From: Scenedesmus sp. PABB004
Lineage: Eukaryota
Direction of reading: 5' to 3'
Length of the DNA: 64,000 nt
NCBI GenBank assembly: GCA_014905635.1
Contig: JABVCE010000009.1
Location: 62,001-126,000, forward strand
The notes under the pieces were generated by a model that saw only the letters and a list, made by a program, of their open reading frames with translations, was not told where the DNA came from and searched no databases. Shown one piece after another: positions 60,078-64,000 of the stretch. Made by a program: the position numbers and the translations under genes. Position 1 is the first letter of the stretch; every line of letters starts with the position of its first letter.

Positions 60078-60489
60078 ACTGCGCGGCGCGTCACATTTTG
60101 CGAACCCCCTGGATTCAAACCCTGAGACTCGGCGGCTGAGTGGCCCTCACTTTGGACGGGAGCCTCCCCACCTAGGCGACACAGTAACGAACGCCCAGCG
60201 GCCCGCGCACGGCGCCTCTGGCCGGCAGCAGCGGCGGCAGCGGTGCGGCAGCAGCGCGGCAGCAGCGCAGCCGGCGCGGCCCCGCGCGAAGCAGGCGGCC
60301 GACGGTGAGCTGCAGCACGGCCGTGGACAGCTAAGGCCCGCTCGGCGCGCCCGGCTGAGCGCCTGGGGCGCGCAGGGGGCGCGCCGCACACTCAAACCGC
60401 CGCGCCGTCTGTCGCCGCCGCCGCCGCGCACGCCCTGGCTCGCCCCGCCCCGCCAGCGAGCCGATTAACCACCCCTGAGCGCCGGCAGC

Positions 60490-61913
60490 ATGCTGCCCCG
60501 CGCCCTCACGACGGCGCTGCTGCTGCTTGCGGCGGCGACGGCAGCGGCGGCCGCGCCGGCGGCGGCGGCCGCGCCCGCGGCGAGCGTGATGGCGCTGCCG
60601 GCGTCGCACCCCGAGGTCACCCAGGTGAGATGCGACGCGTGCGCCGCGCGGCGGCGCGGCAGGGGCCAGCCAGGCAGGGGGGGGGGCCCGCGCGCGCGCT
60701 CGGCCGCGCTCACACCGGCCGCCGCCGCCCAGGTGCTGCGCCTGATCGAGAACGACGCGGAGCTGAGCAAATACCTTTCGAACCCATCCACTGTCTGCAC
60801 CTTCTTTGCGCCCACCAACGAGGCGATGGCCGACAGCGTGGCGAGCCTCGGCAAGTTTGTGGGGATCGCGTCGCAGAACGAAACGCTCCAGGCGCGCGGC
60901 GGCGGCACGCGCGGCGCGCGGCGCGGCGCACGCGGCCCGCGGCGGCGGCACACGCGTGCCGCGGCGGCGCGCACGGCGCGGCGCTGCGCGGCGCTGCGCC
61001 CAACCCAACCCGCCGCCGCCCCTGCCCGCGCCGCGCCGGCCGCGCCGCCGCCGGCGCTGCTGCTGCCCGTGCTGCCTGTGCTGCGGGCGCTGCTGCGGGC
61101 GCGCAGCGTGCGACCTACAACTACCACGTCGTGCCCGGCCGCGCGCTGACGGCGGCCGCGCTCGCGCGCATGAACGACACGGCCACGCGCGGCAACGAGA
61201 CCCTCTACATCACGCACCGCGGGTGGGCACCGGGCCACGGGCGGGGCGGGGCGGGCCGGGCTGGGGCGGCGGCGGCGCGGGAGGAGCGCCCCGCCGCGCC
61301 GCTCCCTCGTGCGCGTTAGCAAGCACGTGCTTGCTCGCCCACGCCCCCTGCTCGCCCGCACGCGCCGCCGCCGCGCCGTCGCGCCCCCGCAGCAACACGT
61401 CGCTCGTGTACAGCCGGCCGGAGTTCCCCGTCGCCCTGGGCGAGACTGACCTGCGCGCGGGCAACTGCATCGTGCACACGCTCGGCAAGGTGCGGCGTGC
61501 GCGCCGCGCGCGGGGCGGCCGCGGCGGGCGCGCCGAGGGGGCGGCGCCGCCGAGCCGCACGCGCTGACGCCGCCGCCCTGCCCGCCCGCGCGCCGCGGCG
61601 GCGGCGCCAGGCGCTCGTGCCGCCGAGCCTGATCGACTTTGTTCAGGTCTGGCTCGACGAGAGCGGCACGATGCCCCCGATCCCGCCGAAGGACGAGTGG
61701 GCGCCCGTGCGCACGCCGCAAATGGCGGCGCTCGCGGCCGCGTCCGAGCGCAAGCTCGCGGGCGGCGACGGCGCCGCGGAGGCACCCGCGCCCGCGCCCG
61801 CGCCTGCGCCGGCCGCGCCCGCCAGCGGCGCGCGGCTCGCGGCGACGCCGGCGACCGCAGCCCTGGCGCTGGCTGGCCTCGCCGTCGCCGCCCTCGTCGT
61901 CGGGGGGCTGTGA
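60490..61913 (+). CDS. Fasciclin (FAS1) domain cell-surface protein, tandem paralog
   Basis: Signal peptide, TFFAPTNEA, YNYHVVPG, TRGNETL, DLRAGNCIVHTLGK|ALVPP, an (AP)n linker and a hydrophobic C-terminus. Confidence 0.82.
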
Positions 61914-62213
61914 GGATTGGGGCGCTCCGGCGTCCGTCGCCGCCGCTGAGACCTGGCGGCAGCTGGTCGGCGGGCGGGCGCCGGGGCGCCAGCGCCGGAA
62001 AGGGCTGCCCCGCGCGATCGTGTCAGCACTGATTTCTTGCCGCGCACACAGCTGGCGCTCGCCCGCCCCGCCAGCCCGCGCACGAGCCGGAGTGCGCAGC
62101 TTCGCGCGCGTGCGGCTCGCCCGCGCGCGCCGGGTCACGCTCGCAGCTGGCGCCAGCGCCCCGACACTCTCGGCGAATCCGAGCTAGGCGTGGCGGGCAG
62201 CAGCGGCAGCAGC

Positions 62214-63509
62214 ATGGCCCGCGCGGCGTCGCTGCTGCTGCTGGCGTGCGCCGCCGTCGCTGCGGCGGGAGCAGCTCCTCCAGCAGCTCCAGCAGCTCCT
62301 GCAGCAGCGCCAGGACCCCGGCCAGCCTCACCAGGCCCAGCAGCGCCGCCGCCGGCGGCGGTGCCGCCCGGCTGCGGGCTCGGCCTGCTGCGCGCGGCGG
62401 GGCCGTGGCGCGTGGTCGAGGCGCGGGAGGTGTTCTCCATCGTGCCAGACTTTGTGCGCCCGGGGCGAAATGCGAGCGACTCCGCCGCGCCGGCGCGCGC
62501 GTCGGAGGCGCTGCTGCTCCTCGAGGCCCGCCCGCCCGCGTGGGAGGGCGCCCCGGCGCTGCTGTGCGTGCGCGCGGCCGCGCCGCTCGCGGCGGCGTGC
62601 CGCCCCGGCGGCGGCGCGGCTGCCGCGGCGGCCGCAGCTGTCGAGGCGCCGCTGCCGCGCGACGCCGCGTCGTTCATCTTTGGCGACGCCGCGGGCGCCG
62701 GCGCAGCGGGGCCCTGCCTGGAGCTTGCGCGCGACGGGACCGCCGCGGCGCTCGTCGTCGACGCGCCGCGCGCGCCCGGCTGCTGGCCCGGGTCGGGCTA
62801 CTGCAGCGACGGCCGGACGGCGTGGCGCGTCGCGCCGCGCCGCGGCGCGGGCGGGCGGGACGCTCTGCTGGTGCTCAACATCACGCGCACGCGCAGCACC
62901 GTCCAGGACACCGACGGCGCGACCGAGACCTGGTCGGCGGAGCTGCCGCTGGCGGTCGCGGCGGGCTGCGCGCTCGGCGTGCGCGCGGCGGCGGCCACGG
63001 AGGCCGGCGCCGCGGCGGCCGCCGGCGGCGGCGGCGGCGCGGCGGCGGCGGCGGCCGGCGCGCCGCTGTGCGCCGCGTGCGGCGGCGGCGGGCAGGTTGG
63101 CCTCGCCGCAGCGACCAGCGACGCCTGCGTGCGCTGCCCCGCGCGCTCCAGCAGGGCGGGCGGCGGCGGCGGCGCGTGGCGGTGCGTGCCGGGCATGCCG
63201 GCGGGGTTTGAGAGCGTCGCGGTGCGCACCGGCCGCGGCGGGCACCCCGAGTGCGCATCGGTCGACGGCAGGACCTGCCTGCGCGGCCTCGGCGGCGCCG
63301 CGACGGGCTGCGCCGCGCTCGCGGCGGCGCTCAACCGCGCGCCGCTGCCGGTTGCGCTGCGGCCGCTCGCGTGCGGCGCCGCGCACGCGGCCGCGTGGCC
63401 GTCGGTCGGCACGGGCTACCGGCGGGGGCACTGGTGCGTGACCGCGCGCGACGAGCTGCAGGACAGCCAGCCGCCCGTGCGCGGGCGCTGCGTCCCCGCG
63501 GCGCCCTGA
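62214..63509 (+). CDS. Secreted cysteine-rich protein of unknown function (single exon)
   Basis: Signal peptide MARAASLLLLACAAVAAA, uninterrupted ORF, and a C-terminal module WRCVPG...PECASVDGRTC...PLACGAAH...GTGY..GHWC. Confidence 0.65.
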   Translation: MARAASLLLLACAAVAAAGAAPPAAPAAPAAAPGPRPASPGPAAPPPAAVPPGCGLGLLRAAGPWRVVEAREVFSIVPDFVRPGRNASDSAAPARASEALLLLEARPPAWEGAPALLCVRAAAPLAAACRPGGGAAAAAAAAVEAPLPRDAASFIFGDAAGAGAAGPCLELARDGTAAALVVDAPRAPGCWPGSGYCSDGRTAWRVAPRRGAGGRDALLVLNITRTRSTVQDTDGATETWSAELPLAVAAGCALGVRAAAATEAGAAAAAGGGGGAAAAAAGAPLCAACGGGGQVGLAAATSDACVRCPARSSRAGGGGGAWRCVPGMPAGFESVAVRTGRGGHPECASVDGRTCLRGLGGAATGCAALAAALNRAPLPVALRPLACGAAHAAAWPSVGTGYRRGHWCVTARDELQDSQPPVRGRCVPAAP

Positions 63510-64000
63510 CGCGGCGGCGGTGTCGGCGCGAGTGCATGCGGCGGGTCCCTGACGTCGGCGGCGGCGGCCGCACGCGTGCGACGCCCCCACTGCGACACGT
63601 GGGGGGGCGCGGGCCTTGTGCCCTGGGCTTGCGCCGCGCGTGGAACGCGAGCGACGCCCCGCCCCCGCCCGGCCCTCCGATGGCGCCGCTGCCGTCGCGT
63701 GCTGCTGCCAGAGTCTCTCCCCCCACGCCCCGGGCCGCCCACCGGCCACACGCGCGCCGCACCGCACGCGCCGCCGCCGACCGCGCCGCCGCTGCTCCGC
63801 GCGCGCCGCACCACCCCCCGGCCGCCAGACGCAGCCGTGATCGCCAGGAGGAGCTGCCTGCACGGCGCTCCGCTGCGCCAGGCGCGGCGGGAGCTCGCGA
63901 GAGCAGCGATGCGCAGCTCGAGGCACTGCTGCGCGCGGCGGGCGCATGCCTCTCGACTGCGCGGGGCGATGCCCGTCGACTGCTTCGCTTGATGATAGTC

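Overview
Very GC-rich (visually about 75-80%), intron-dense eukaryotic nuclear DNA, most likely from a chlorophyte green alga. This is inferred from the TGTAA poly(A) signals, plastid fibrillin and DPE1, and snoRNA guides that match chlorophyte-type 18S rRNA. Almost all long ORFs in the supplied track are GC artefacts, so I rebuilt the genes by splicing exons by hand. The window holds about 20 tightly packed genes: MSH6/7-type MutS (5' partial), tafazzin, a membrane hybrid histidine kinase, HPPD, a 21-exon GH13-TM-GT5-multiTM protein, REX4, a small ASDURF/prefoldin-like ORF, two tandem type-I membrane proteins, a UvrD/PcrA helicase, RPA2, a hypothetical protein, SDE2, fibrillin, Kish, DPE1, CKS1, two tandem fasciclin proteins and a secreted Cys-rich protein. 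Highlights: (1) an apparent alpha-1,3-glucan-synthase (Ags1/Mok1)-like fusion, an architecture known from fungi, in a green alga; (2) a 4-exon ASDURF-like ORF ending 37 nt before the REX4 start, a candidate bicistronic mRNA; (3) RPA2 introns hosting several snoRNAs, including a duplicated C/D + H/ACA cassette and an snR83-like double guide; (4) an intronic pre-miRNA-like hairpin; (5) an unusually high frequency of GC-AG introns. All homology calls come from recalled motifs, not database searches.
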